Source: Giardia intestinalis (taxonomy: Eukaryota). Taken from it: a stretch of DNA of 64,000 bases. The position numbers and the translations under genes were made by a program. The DNA lies in NCBI GenBank assembly GCA_000002435.2, contig CM018792.1; one strand, written 5' to 3'. This document shows, piece after piece, positions 37,701 to 52,700 of this stretch. The notes under the pieces are model-generated. The model was not told the origin of the DNA, searched no databases, and was given only the letters and a program-made list of their open reading frames with translations. How positions within the stretch are numbered: position 1 is the stretch's first letter; the number at the start of each line of letters is the position of its first letter.

Positions 37701-40700
37701 TTCTAAATCTCCCCTCGATATAGTAGATCTATCATTACAAAGCTCATCTTCTAAGGGCCCTAGTCTTGACAGCGTGCATAGCGTAAGAAACAATTTGTGA
37801 ATGTGAGCGTGGGGAAGTGCTGAGGTTGAAGTTAGACGAGAAAGCATATATCTAAGAATCTGTTGGAGGACAAAGTCTATGAGTATGCGAGGGTAGAGCA
37901 CTATGTAATAAAAGACAGGATACTTTAAGGAATCGTAGCGAAATGTAATCAGGTCTGCTATGAAGTTAGTCTGTAGAAGCGTTGTCGGCTGATCCGCATG
38001 ATCTCGAGAATCACACTGATTGTCGATAGAAGATGCTGTACTAACGGATTTTAGTGGTGAGTGAGCTGAGAAAAACCGCTTTAATTCAGTCTTGATTGTA
38101 CTATTATAGAAGCTCGTTAGTTGACCGCAGAGTGTTCTTTGAAAGGGCGTTAGTGCAGCCCTGTTTGTTTCGATCAATAGTGTAGGGTCCCTTTTAGCCT
38201 GTGTTCGCAAATACCGAAGCAGGTCACACGTCAATGTAGCGCACTCTTCAATCCAGACATGCCATCGAGACCGCAATAGATAACCGAGCTGAATCTCATT
38301 GAGAATATTGACTGATTGGCCCACTGAAAATTGAGACACCTCATCTCCGATCGGATAGGAACTCCTGTTTTGCAGATCCATCAGAGGAAGAGCACGATCT
38401 GCGCCTGGAATAAGTGCATAGAATAATAAGCACACCTCGCGAAGCAGGTCTAATAATATAGAAACTGACGAGGCGGCCTTTGCACCGCTACTATGAGCAC
38501 AAGTGAGCTGCTTGTAGCCACGGTTTGTACTTTGGAAGCTATTTGATCCAGTAGAATAAGCGCTCGAGAAATCAGAAAGCATCACTTCTATCTCTGCTCG
38601 GCGTTGTGTGTACGCTTCTGCTGTCATAATTGTTTTTTCGCTACGGAAGGATTCGTTAATAGGAAAGACCCCAACGCCGTACTCTAAAAGATAGGAGTGG
38701 AATGTGTCGATAAATGTGTTTAATGACAGAGAAAGCTTAGCGAACATAGTACTTCTTCTGTGGAGTATGGACAAGCTAGTAAATTCTGGACCGAATACAG
38801 ATTCCGTTAACATATCTGTGACAGCTGCACACTCTGCTGGCTCTGGGTCGTATCCAGGACAAGGTGAGAGATTACAGAGGAAGATCACAGACCCTAGCAT
38901 GCCTGATCTGTGCATCTCTGCCTGGTGGAGAGCATGTAAAACTGAGACAGGCGTAAGACTGGGGTCGTAATCTGGTGAAAGGCTAATGATGAAAATATAC
39001 TCAGAAAGGGGTTGAAATAAATATGTAATCTGACTACCAAGAGTGATCTGCTGTCGTGCATCAACGCGGGTTGTAGCTGCCAGCAGAAGCAGCTTTCTGA
39101 GAAGAGAGTAGTTATTTTGTGGAACTTGTCGTGCACCCACATCGGAGAACACAATCGCCTTATCAGACTCGGCCAGAGCCTTTGCCACCGATGCACAGAA
39201 TTGTTTATATGGTTGACGGACACTCAGCTCAACCCTTCTTTGCCTGATGTGATGTATGTATGTGTATAATGCCTGATTCGTTGATCTAAGAGAATGAGCA
39301 GGATCTGCCGTATTTGACACTCCGACCAATGCTTCATAGAGACGGCAGAAAGGAGTTTCAAAGCGACGCAGGCTAGCTACCAGCGTGAAGATAAGAGGTG
39401 GAACCAGCACGCTATATGTTAGAAAGATTCGTCGTCCCAAAAGAAGAAATAGCATACCGGCATAAAGAAGATGCCTATAGACTTCGTGATTATTGAGGGT
39501 GTCCCTAAAGAGTATCTCGGCCAGAAAGAGAGGTGTATCCAGACACAGAGAAACCTGGAAGTGTCTAAAGAAGAGATCGGTGGATTGTAGGTCATGCTCA
39601 GTCCAAACTGAGAATAACTTAAGTCTATTAGAAGCCGAAGACGAACTGCTTGAGCGACTCCTTGAACTGGGAAGCATGATGGTTAATCCATCCTGTTGCA
39701 GTGCTTCAATCAGGATTTCTAAGGCAGTTGTGCGTGCGCCATCACTTGTGGGGCGATCTAATAGTCCAGTGACTCCATAAAGCATACAAGCAACCAGAAC
39801 TGGGGCTTCGTAACATACATGTCCTAGTATAGAAGCAAGCAGCTTACTATATCCCTTACACGCCTCCAGACACGAATAAAGGCAATTTCGCATGTAGCAA
39901 AGCTCTCCGAAGACCTTGCTATCATGCGACACCAGATTGCCCACAAAATATTGCAGGTATTTAGACGACATTGATTCTATTGGAAGGATAGAATCTTGCG
40001 CATTATTAAAGCGGGTGACATAAATGTCAGGATACAGAGAGTCGTGGGTCTTTAACCCTTGCAACGGAGCCTCTCTTGTCATGTATGCATACGCCTTGAA
40101 TAGGCTATTGATGCTATTGACATTGGCATAATATTGCTGTGCACGTGAGAAGATCATCCCAATGGCATCAACCGTAAGCTTGATATACGCCTGGAGGGGG
40201 ACCTGCCAATTGTGAGAAGAACGAGAGCACGCCCTGTGAAGTGAGAGACAGGATAGAAGTACTGCCACCTTGTGTGCTTCCCAGTTTATGCTCAGTTGTT
40301 CTGGGAGATTAGCGACCTTGGACAGCTGACAGGCGTTAACCTTACAGTGAATAAGCAGCTGTTCGGCCGTATACTTTGCTACAGGAAATAAGGGATTGAG
40401 GGAAATGGTGTGCACACTAGGAAAATCAATCTTTGTAGACCTGATAGAAAACTTTGAGAGCACATCAAAGAACATAGCTAAGGAGCCATCAAATGTATCA
40501 TCAGGAGACCGCAGGAGCTTCTTTATGCCAAAATTCCTAATGTCTAGAGGATGTGACATTGTGGCTAGACAGTCAATCGAGCCGTTATGCAATACATATA
40601 TTTTAAGATTGGAGGCTAGAATGGAATGTAGTTCTTCTGCCTTGAGATGCCTTCCAAGGCCAGCATTGAGTGACAGGGATGCAAGAATGATAGAAAGCTC

Positions 40701-43700
40701 TTCGGAAGTGAACAGTGCCCTAACAAGATTGCCTGGAGTGATCGTTGTCTGAAGGAGACAGCTCAGGGCGGGCCATCCGGTGGCTGCGCTCATGAGGATA
40801 TCCATTGAGGAAAGGATAGTAACGCAAGAGGGCTCTATGAGGTACTTTTTCATAAGAGACTCTCCTTGCTCCAGCAGGCCCTTCATTCCGCCACCTTGTT
40901 CAAAACGATGAGCGAACTCAGACATTGTGCCGCAATTCTTATTGAATGTGTGCATAACATAATGCTCCAAGTGACCTGGAACAGAAAGTATAGACGGCAA
41001 ATGAGTGTGCAGCAGCGGCTCATCAGTGTACATGCAAGTGAAGGCGGCCCCACTAGAAACCCCAGAATCAAAGTACTTTGTACTGGGAGTGCGCAGAAGA
41101 CTTTCTGCAAGCGGGGCCAGCAATCCAAATTGACTGATGCTGTGGGCAGTTGTATGATTGATAGTATACAAAAAGTAAATCGGGTTAACACCTGCAGCAA
41201 GACAAACTGCGGTTCTCAGTAGCATAAGAGTAGCGAGAAAGTCAGAATCAAAACTAGATAGATACGCAGAAAGTTCCAGCACAGCTATTGACAGATTCTT
41301 CACAAAGCTCTCCGCCGTGCGGTTAGAGGGCTTGTCAGTGCTCTTCTCCTTTTCGCCTGCAGACACATGACTAACTGAGGCTACGATCGTGTCAATGTCA
41401 ACAAGAACACGATCATTCAGTCGGCCTCGACAATCCTTGGCAGAGCCTCCGCATACTGGTGAGCCCTTGGTTCTAGAGGAAAGCAGTTGATCGGATGCAA
41501 GTGAAAGCGCAGGGGTATCATTAGAATAATTACTTAAGTAAAGGTGTTCAAGCTTCAGATCTAAAAATGATGTGTAGCCCTCCAATGCTTGGAGCAGATA
41601 TGAAATTTGTTGAAAGTGCTTGTAGTCAGCAAATGGTGTGTATAGTCTATAGCAGGGAATAGTGATTATAGAAGTAGACAAGTTAATAGGCAGTAGCGGA
41701 GTTGTGGGCCATTGAACAGGAAGATAGTTGTGAGGTAGAATGACAGACGACGAGGCAGGCTGCAAACTGAAGGAGTCCTTGAGGTCCGATAGCCTGAGGT
41801 CCAAAGAGACCCCAAAATTAGACGGCCTTTGTGGCTCTTTGCTCATTGGAGGTTCTTTTTCAGTAAGAGCAAGAGATAATAGGCATGGTGAATCAGTATG
41901 CAGTGAAAGCAGCTCGTCGATGATATGGTCAGTGGCTTCATCGGAAAAGCTTCCAGAAGTGGTATGGGCTTGTATGACTCTGTATGCATCAATGTACTTT
42001 CCAGAAGATTCTGTGGGCCAGTCACGCATAGAATTCAGTATCAGCCTGCTCAGCTTTGCTGGTGACATCAGCATGCCCCACAAAAAGAGCTTCCACAAGC
42101 ATGAATACAAGTTATGGGTGGGGTGAATGCATGGAAGAGGAGAACGTAAATACTCTTGAAGACACGATATAACTTTCACAATATGCTCTCCCATGGCTTT
42201 TGATTCTGTGTGCATTTCAAAGACACGGAGAGCCAGAGATGGGCTTATGTACCGTGGGGTATCTGGTGGAGGGATATGTCTCATCTTTGCCTCGGCAAGC
42301 TGGCGATCGTACGCCACATGTTCAAGATATAGGTCAGCTGTGAAGAGCTCAAAGTAACGAGGGAACCTTTGAAGCCAGTCTAAGTTGATATTAATGCATC
42401 CACATGCGCAGCCGACCTCCAGTGGATTGACCTTGAATTGCGAATAGATCTTAGATGATAGAGGGGCTGCTGAATCAAATCTTTTAGTATCCTCTCGACG
42501 AGGAAGAGACTCAACTGAATTAACCAAAGAATTATCATCTTGACTGACTTTCTGAAAGAGGATGCCGATCAAGTAACATAGTCCATCTGGTATCCCGGCG
42601 ACAGCAGCACTGCAAGTATTGTAGAAGGCTCTTAAATCATGCATCTCTGTAGTTAGTTCTTTAGCTCTGGGTACTTGTGAAGGCTTGCTCTCATCATTGT
42701 TCTCTGATTGGCCTGTAGTTGGTGGCTGACCATCGTCTTGTTCCAATGCTCTACGATCTTCTTTATTGTGCGCTTGCAAATAGGTCTCAATCACATCAAC
42801 TTGCCACTGCGGTGCTAACGCTTGCAGGCTGCATATGTTGAGCGCTCGAGCACCAATAGCAGGAAGTAACCCGTCCAGAATGGATACCAATTTGGCATTG
42901 GACATACTAGGAACATTCCGAAGGGCAGCAGCAAGAGCACATACGGTGCAGTGCGCATAAGCTTCCCTAATAACAAAGGCTTCAGTCTCTAGAGCCGAAG
43001 AAGAAGGCAGCTGAGGAAACCAGAATAGACAGCGCTGTAGATCAGCGAGAAAATCATAATTAGAAAAAAGGTCTGGGTAGCTAGAGAATAAAAATGATAC
43101 GGCTTTGTTCAGCATCTCATAGCAAATGCTTCTATTTGAGGAAAATGCTAATTGGACCAAGGATAGAACGTGGTCTAGGGTTAATTGTGGTAATGATACG
43201 GTGATTTTGTCTATTGTTTCTTTACATGAATGAGTAGACAAGCGAGTGTCGTGTCGTCTTTCAACTATCAACGTGGTATTCATAAGGCTGAACTCTCCAA
43301 CAATGTGAGACCCGTCTCCAAGTGTCCTTTGCCTAGGAGGTGCCGAAGCTGACAGCTGTGCTAGTTGGGAGAAAAGTGAATCCCGGTCATCCTGTTTAGA
43401 AGTGTTTGGTACGTGTAGCACGCCAGCAGACCATCTGGATAACTTATTCAGAAAAAGGGCAGCTGTGCCCTGCTTATCGTAATAAGAATGAAATGCATTA
43501 CAGATCTCACCAGCAGAAGCAGTAGCAGTCTCGGTGAGACGGGCCCACGGACCAAAGGTGTCTTGCATCAAAAGTTCAGCTATCTCAATCAGTGATGTCT
43601 TGCCCATACTTTCATCTCCGCAAACCTCTAGAAACACACCCGAAGGGTAGAGCATCGCTGAGGTGGAACATGCAGCAATAAGCACCACTATTGCGGTGCG

Positions 43701-46700
43701 AGGCTCATCAATAAATAATGTAGGAGACAGTGGTTTTTGGATGGAAAATTGATAGCAGCTAGGAATGCCATATGAATAAGCTATTGTACTGAGCACGAGA
43801 TCGTCGCGCAGCTTTGCCAATCTTGCCTGATGATCAGTCGCATTATCTTTGAAGTTGTCAGAGCACAACTTCTTGTATTGGTCTTTTATGTCCCCCTTTT
43901 TCAGCTCGTATAGTATTGCCCCGTCAAGTGAAATGTTGTCCAAAATCTGAGTCTGCGAGGCACACGACAAAGTTGAGAGTATTCCCTGCCCTATCTTGTA
44001 GCTCAGGTATGAAAATGTAATGCGCTGGCATCCAGGGTCCTTGTTCTCGAGAGATGGCACGACATAAGCAAACACCTCTGAAAGGCCGGGGCTTGATGAG
44101 CTTACAAACTTACCTATAAGGTTCTGGAGCGATCCATGGATAGAGGACGCTGCAGAGGCAAAGGCCAATGCACAATCAGATGCCGTAACGTTGAGGGTAG
44201 TCCATATGGAATCTCGTAGACAGAAACGTTTGGTAGCAACTACTTTGCTGATGTACTCACTAAGAAGTATATGCTTATCCCGCTGTTCATATGTCATAGT
44301 AGCCATTGGTGTATTGATACCCTTCTCCCACAAATCCAACAGGACGGTTATGTGCAAAGCTGAAAGGAGATAGCCTGATAGAGTGTAATGTCCAGCGGCA
44401 GAGGGACTGGCATTGCGATCTGGCGCATTAAGTTCAAACCCAAAGAGTGTGAGAAGCCGGCAAATAGATGCACGAAACGTTTGACTAATCTCAGAAAGAG
44501 GTCCTGGCGAACTAATATCAGACATTCTGCTAATCAAGTACGTCAAGGAGTATGCGTTCCATGCTGCAAAGAAGATGAACATGAGAAGATGTACAAGACC
44601 CAAGGTCGCATTAGGGGAGACATGGAAAAGAGACTGGATTGTCTCCTCACAGAACTTAAGGGTACTTATGTTTGATGCATCAGATATCCAGTGAGTGCCA
44701 TTAATGAACTGAGAAAATAAATCCGATTTAGGTGGGATCGACTTTTTGTCCAACCCCTGAAACTCGGGAAAGTACGCATACTTCGAAGGATTGGGGCTAC
44801 TAGGGGCTTTTTGAAAGGCTGTGAGTTCTCCTGAAAGATAAGCATCATAACTGTCCGGGGAAAAGTAGAGGGGGAAAGTATCTAAGTCATTAGAAGACCT
44901 CTTCTCATTGGTAGGGTTTGCAGAGAACTCTCTGCCAGGAACACAATCGCTGCGCTGCACAAGCTTAAATTGAATAAGGTTATACCAGATCAGACTAGCC
45001 ATGACCTTGGTCGGAGCGACAGAAAGGAGCTTATGCTCACCTCCAAAGACAAGGGTAAACTCCTTCCTCACCACTTCAACTATGCCCTGAAGACAGAACG
45101 GAAAAATGATCCGGATGAACAGGCTATAAACTCTTTGGATCACGTAATCGGTTATTCGCGTAAATGAATACACAGAACGCTCTGCAATCCACGCGCTTGT
45201 AATATGAGAGACGCTTGGGAGCGGAACAATAAACGATGGATCACTGTCGGAGAGCAACAGAGACACCTCCCGTTGCAGATTCATCCCACATGCCGACGGA
45301 TTCAGCAGAAGAGATGGATAGAAGGAAGTAGCGCTGTGGCTTGCATCCTGTGATAAGCATAGACTACTAGGTGGTATCTCCCTATCCATATTCCTGTGAG
45401 GTAATATCGGAGACAGTAAAAATTCCATCTCGTGGGGAATAGAACGAGGTACGATTGGTAGAATGAACTGCCTCTTATATACGTAAGTGATCGCCGGCAA
45501 GTGTTGCTGATAAAACGAATTGGACACTACTATAAGTACTGGGGTAATGTCAGAGAGATCGAACATTGCAGCTGAGATGGAGTGAAGATCGGACAGAGCT
45601 CGTACTTGGTAAACAATGAGGCTCTGCACACACAAGTCTGCATGTCGACCCAGTAACCGCTGGACTTCAGCATGGTCTGTTGTGCGGATAGCTGTCAACC
45701 CCTTCATATCACAGACCAGCTGAGCAACTTCACATGCAAATTCATACGAGCAGGACACCATCAGAATAGGGGAAATACTAATCTCAAGCATTTGCGAAAT
45801 TGTAACAGCAGTATAGATAAGCGTGAAGGACTGATTGTACTTGATCATGAGGAAGGAGAGACGGTTCTTATAGCATTGAGTAAAGAAAGGATAGAAATAC
45901 TGAACAGTATATCTATAGAACAGTGAATCGCTAATACCATTGATTTGTAGTGACAAGTATGCCTCTATGGCGTTGGTAAGGATGTCAGAATCTGCCTTAG
46001 GCAACATGAAGCTAGTCACTAAAGCAGTTCTGACCGACCAGAGTGTGTTCCGAAGAGCACTCGCATCCTTATTGTCTAACGGCACACGGGTCAGTAGGTA
46101 GTGCAATGCCGAGAGCGCTACAGATGTAGGAGAGTCTGAAGCAGATCTAGAGAGTATCATCAACTCGTCTACCTCACCGATAATGAAAGAGCTAATCTGT
46201 GCAAGACGCACTGAAGCAATCGAAAGAGCTGACAAACGACCAACCGGAGCAATCCACTTGACATCGAGAACGCTGGATAGGACCGTCATAGAACTATGAC
46301 TAATAATGTCGTATGCACTATAGAATGAAAAGTAAATCAGCTCTGGGGCATATATGTTGTCTAGAATAGATTTTGCATGCTTATCCACACACAACGGATG
46401 CCCGAACTGATCAATAAGTGGGGCAGGCGTCTCACTTGTCGGACATTGTGAAGAGGCTATCTTGGCACCTGCGCTACCTAAGTCCGCAGGTAGTAAGCAG
46501 TGCATAAATATCACAATCTTACCCATTCCATGGGGCTGAGGCAGCACGTCAGAGACACAAGCATCACGAATAGTGACGTAGGTGCCCAGGAAGCTGCCCT
46601 GGTCGTCAATAGTCATAGATGACCACTTGTTTCCAAATTCAAGACTTTCTATGGTTGCCCGAGCCTTCGCAGAGATGGGCGAGACCACAGCTAGGCCAGG

Positions 46701-49700
46701 GATTAGACCGGTAGGGCACTGCAGCTCTTTTAATATATGCGTCATCAGAATCTGCTGTTCCGTTTCAAGTAATTCAAAGCCGACAATCCCTACAAGAAGA
46801 CCAGCTGCAAGGCGGATCATCAGATGGACGATGTCTTTCTCGAAGGTGGTAGGAGTCATAAAAAGCAGAGTGGACTGGCACAACATAAGTCGTGAAAGTC
46901 GGCGCAAGATGAAGCGTGGAAAAGAACAGCAGTCTAGCTGAGGAATCTTGTCAAGTAGCAAAAAGACTATGTTTGTGCGTCTAAAGCTCTCCAAAACACG
47001 AAGCATGCTTATTTGAAGCTGGGGAGGAAGCACGCAATAGAGATCCTCTGCTTGAGGAGCTCCAATCCAGTGTGCCGACGTTTCGAAGGAGGTCATATCA
47101 TTAGACAGCGTAATATCGATGGACTGAGTGTTGGAGTCGTTTGTTGTGAATTGTAGAAATATCATAGGATAAATGGTGCAGCGCAAGTAGTCATCCATGT
47201 GTGCCCCAGCAAACTCAAACGTCTTGTTAGCAGACAAATAAGCAGCATGCGTGTGAGCAAGAGTCTTATCATCCGAGATTGCTTTCAGCAAGTGCGCAGT
47301 AGCTGCCTTGTGTCTGGCCTGCTCTCTTCTCAGTTCTACCCAAAGATCGTGCTCTAGCATAAGAAGCAGCATGTACCGCTCAATGATCCAAATATTCAAT
47401 GCATCTCCATACGAGGCGTTATACTTCACTCGCGGGGAATCCTTACATGCCTTGTTGCTCATCAGGACAAGGGGATCATGACACTGACTTTTAGCGTCTG
47501 CTCGTACCTTAAAAGTGAACAAAATAATATGCAGAAATAAGTAGGTACGCTGAAGAATAGGCCTCTGGTTCTTGAACTTCTCCACAAAATCCTCTGGGGC
47601 CATGCATCTTAGTTGATCCTCTAAAAGTATTTTCAAGGTTGTAGAGATAGCAACGCACAGCGCATCGTATACTGCTGAGTTAACTATGACAACAACGGAG
47701 TTGATAATAGTGTGGAGCTCAAATGCTAAGTCGCTTTTGCAGGACGGGACTGACGCCAGACATGCAAGCGATAAGAGATCGAGAGTTTGTTGCAATGGGA
47801 GACGGTCCATAGCAGCCACAATCTTCAGAAGCCCCGTCAGTACCTGGGAGGTACAGCGTAGCAGGGCAGACGATATTGGCTTAAAAAGGATATCTGGGAG
47901 AGAATACAACTGCGTAGGGCACCTCACTGGCTGCACTAGACTCAAAGTCTCACTGTGAGACACCAACTCGGTAATCTGCTGTTTGCCATTAGGAAAGAAC
48001 GGTGCGGTTAAGCTAGTAATACCCGGAAACGCATGGCTTCGAACCCACCGAGTGCAGATTGACAAATCCTTAATATTAGGTATAAATACATGAGACCCGG
48101 GTGCCCACAGAGGAAAAAGGAGACTCATGAAGTGGTGCGAGCCATTTAGGTAAGGCACTAGATGCTTAAGCTGCATTGTGTCATGCCCGCCTAAAGAAAT
48201 CGTTGGGGAGAACTTTGGTTGGTACTCAGTGAGTAGTAACGTACCTCGTTGCGCAACACTTTTGGGTGCCTTTGGTGGCTGCTGATTGCTACTCAGCAGC
48301 TTACTGAAGAGAAAAAGGTGTGGAGCAGTGATAAGACGATGAACAATAGTATCTAGATCTTTTAGCACTGATCCCACAAGTTTATAGACCGGTGCACTTG
48401 TTGCACAACAAACCAGTGGTGTACCTGTGCTGAGCTTTGAATTGATAAGCGACGAGTACTGCCCATATATGTTGAAAAGCGTCGTAGCCTCTTGCATGGT
48501 GAGAACATTTACCGAGTATAGCAGTGTTGGATGGTCTGCCATTGACCTAACACCTCGGTTGATTACGCTTGCTTCAATAAATGACGCGTACCCGTACATA
48601 GTCAGTGCGTACCTAAAGAGGCGAGGAACGTAACAGAGACTGTGGTAAAGAATGGTTGTAGCGCGCAGAGCAGCACGCAGGTCTTGGATGCGCCGATGAA
48701 CCGCGTCTGAATATGTCGTGCAGAGTAGAAGGCTAGAATATGGAAGTAGGGGAAGCGGCAGACAGTCTAAGCTCTGTACCACTGAAAGGATTGCACCCTT
48801 CAGTGTTCCGACTTCTGCTACCGGAATCTTATCATGATGGTGTCGAGGCCCAGCCGCCACAGAAGTTAGAATAGATTCGGACTTTGAAAGCTGGAGAGAG
48901 GAAGCTTCAGGGACAAAACGGACTAGGGGAATTGGACACCTGGACAGATCGCTAGAATATGAATTTTGTGAGCGCGGATTGGTGTATCCCGGGGGCGAGT
49001 CGAGCTGTATATGATCGATAGCAGATATGAGAACGCCTCCCAGCAGCTTTTCTGCCTCTTCCAACTCTGCAATCGCATGACTATCTGCCTGGGCCTTGAT
49101 GTAGAGGTAAGCAAGAAACTCCGAGGCACATGCAGTGCTGTGAATAGCCACAAGGATATCATCAACAGGTGGGGAGTCTGGTATGTGAAGATACGACTGT
49201 ATCTCTTTCTTGTGGAAAGTAGTAAAGAAAGGTGCACCCAAAAGATCCAGGCAAACTATGTCGTTGGCTATGTGCTGGAGAGAGGATTGGACGAGTAGAA
49301 GATAGCGCCTCCAGCCAGATGGAATAACTTTTGCTAGCATTGAGCCAGTTCTCGCTAGTATGGAAAACCCGCCACCAGAAAACCCGTAGCATTCATGACG
49401 TGGTTCCCAACTTCTAAGAAGTGTGCTCCCTTGTGCAAAGGAGTTCATATACAGCTCAGTAATATGTTGCATATTATCCACCAGAGGCTGAGTCCACAGG
49501 GAGAGTACTTGGACCGCATTTAGAGTTGAGTCTAGTACTGAGTAAAGCCTGGGAATAAATGGTAAAAGCATAGAAAGGTCCCAAGACCCTGCTTCTTGAA
49601 GAAACGTGTTCAGCTGTATGGGGTAGACAGTCGCGGTATAGAAAACCTGGATGCAGAGGTGTAGCTGTTGCAATGATGGTGCAGAACTTAAAAAGCCCCT

Positions 49701-52700
49701 TGTCTGAAGCAGCTCATCAGTTGAAACTAGTGCACCACGCCATCTCTCCAATAGCGTTTCAAGGGAAAGTAATTCAACACTGACGTAATATAATACCGAT
49801 AGAAAGTGTGCTACTGAAAGCTGATTGGATAATGAATCGTGTTGTGGTTGATGGAGAGATTGGGCCGACTTGAGTCGGAACGGAATTATGCTGTCGTTCA
49901 TAACGAAGGTCTTCAACATAGCATCTTCATGACAAATACTTTGAAGCAATATGGGCGTATCCAGATCAGGAGAAGGAAGATTCAGAAGCGAAGTTGCGCC
50001 GAATATGCTATTGAAAAATGCCAGATCGGCATCAGAATCCGCTGGGAGACCGTCTATTGTCTTAGATCGATATATAGGTGGCACAGTGAACATCTTCATT
50101 ACAGTGAAATGATCTTCATATGAAGATAGAGAGACCTTCTCACAGCCCTCAGCATCGGGAATAGTCAAGGAAGAAACGGTGATAATCTGATCAAGAAGCA
50201 TCCTGGAGGCAGTCTCCAGCCAATCTTCAGTGATAGCTGTGAGCTCCAGAAACCGTGCTCGTCGCTGCTTGAAGATTGCAACTGCCATAGCTTGCTTCTC
50301 CTTGAGAGACAGGATACGTTGTAACAGTGAGAATGCCGAGTCTTCCAGCTCATCCACAGTGAAGACTGATCGAGTGTCAAGGAAGCGTGCGCACAAGCTC
50401 TCGTATTGCACGATGGAAGCATCATATATAAACGAGTACAGCTCATGTAGCTTAATCCCAGCAAGCTGATCTAGCAAGTTCTGCTGTGCAAGAATACTGT
50501 CAGGGCTGTCTATAGGCCTTTGCAAATCTCTTTCGAGACTCTCCAGCTCACAAGATAGTGTCTTTGTGATCAGAATAAGAGAGGCATACTGTATGTATAA
50601 ATAAAGATAGCGATAGTAGGTTAGGAGGGATGCCATGCTTTTCTTAAGCTCGTGAAGTGAGATGGCAAAAATGGTCTGATAGACATTGGCAGGGAGAACG
50701 TGGAATCCATTGCCATATAGCGAAATTCCATCCAGCGTTTTGTCGATTACTGAAAAGTCTAGCTGCGGGATTAGTTTATGAAACTGTGGGTGCAGAAGGC
50801 TATATTTGGTTAAATTACTGGACACATCAGGGTCCTGAATACTAAGAAAACTTCTTGCTGATAGAAACGGGCAATCTGGAGGATTCGGATCAACCTGTCC
50901 CTGTCCCTGTACGTGTGCACGCAGTATGTGAGAACTGCCAAACTCTGAATATAGCGATGTTTCGGGATCATAAAGAGAGATGTTTCCGACGTCTTTTCCG
51001 TAGGTTGAAATGTAAGCATACACGTTCTTCATAGAACTAGTTGTAAGCGCACTCTGAATTGCGCTATAGCAACTCCCAATCATAAGCTCATCCATCACCA
51101 TGTCGATGACAAGGCGGGCAGTGGATGCAATGCTCTCAAACCTGTCATTGACCATGCGGTGGTCCAGGATGTTATGGTCAGTAATGTGCAGAAAGCTGCA
51201 ATAACCGAAGTTCTCAAACGCTGTGCCAGTCATAAGTGAAAACTGCGAAGAATCCAAGTACAGTTCTTGGAGGCTGGTTCCTGCCAAAAAGGTGTCCTTA
51301 AAGGTAAGGGGTTTTGGCAAGGCCAATGCTTCTTGTGTGGAAAGCAGCGTAGAAAGTGACGATGACTCAGTTAACGTGTTCCAGAGACGCAGAAACTCAA
51401 CAGCTTCTCCTTCTAAGTTGCTGGAGGGAAAGATCCCCATGTTACAAAAATGCTTGAGAGCGTCGAGCTGCCTGTCCGTAACAGTCAATTTTCCTGCGCT
51501 CCGTGTTGATTTGCGTGTGGAAGAAAATCTGGAGGAGCAGGAGCCCTTAGCCGAAGCCACCTCATCTTGAAAAGTATCTGAGTAGAAATCTATTAGCGAA
51601 AGAGACAATGCGCTTGTGTTCTTGTTTGGTGAAGCCGGGTTCTCTAACTGGAGCTTTATATTGAGGGTAGTTGGAAAGAAGTAGTCGAAATAGAGGGAGA
51701 CCATGATTGGTAGAGTGAAGAAAATGGTTGAAAGGTCTAGTGCAAGATTCCATAAAGGTACCAAAGAGCGCTCAACCTGCGGCACGTAGCTAATCAGCAG
51801 CGAAGAAACCAGATCGGATGTCAAGGCAGGATCCATAACGTCTGCCAAAGAGTGTGGCTGAGAGTAAACTACTATGAGCTGGTGATCAGAAGCATCACAG
51901 TTTGAAGAAAAATAGTACCCATTAAGGCGATTCTCTTCAAGAAGGCTCTCCAGATCGTCTGTTAGTGCCGTTACTTCTTCAGATTGTTTAGACTCAACAA
52001 GAGATTGAGTGGAATGCTGCACTAATTTAAGGTCTTCTTCTGAGAGAATCTTGCTAGCATCATTCATTTTCCAAATAACTTGCTGCAGTTCATAGTCTAG
52101 TGGAATTTTGACGCTCTTCAGACGCTCGGCGTAGTCTGCGTCTAGCACAGCGAGAGATGCATACAGCTGTGCATTATCGGCCTTTGCAGTCAAGTAGAGA
52201 TCATCAATGGTGAGAGATTTGTTCCTAGTAAGCTGATCGCTGTCTCGCTCGATAGCTAGCCTCATTGTCTTCTGCTTCTGCTTGTGGATATCCTCTCGCT
52301 GGCTCCTTATTCTGCAAACAGAGTCTTCCAACTGCTGTATGGAGTGAAAGTAGTAGCCATATAATGTCCTTGCTTTCGGAGAAACAATGTCCACACTACA
52401 ACGACGCAGGTGACGCGTAAACGTTATAGTCAGATTTAGCGTAACCCGATAGAGAACTCCTGGAAAGTCGAGGCTTGATGGGGAAAACCCAAGGTGGTAC
52501 AAGCGGCGCAAAATCACCCGTGCAGCAGATGGAAAGGCGAGATTGTCGTGCATGTCAGTATTACTAGTAGCTATGCAGACACCTCCCCGGGGGGCTGTAA
52601 CACACAGATCCTCTTCTGAGTCCGCAAACTCAGACTCGCTATTGTGACTAGAATCACTATTACTGCCAGACAAGCCAGAAATTCCCAAAACGTCCTTTTC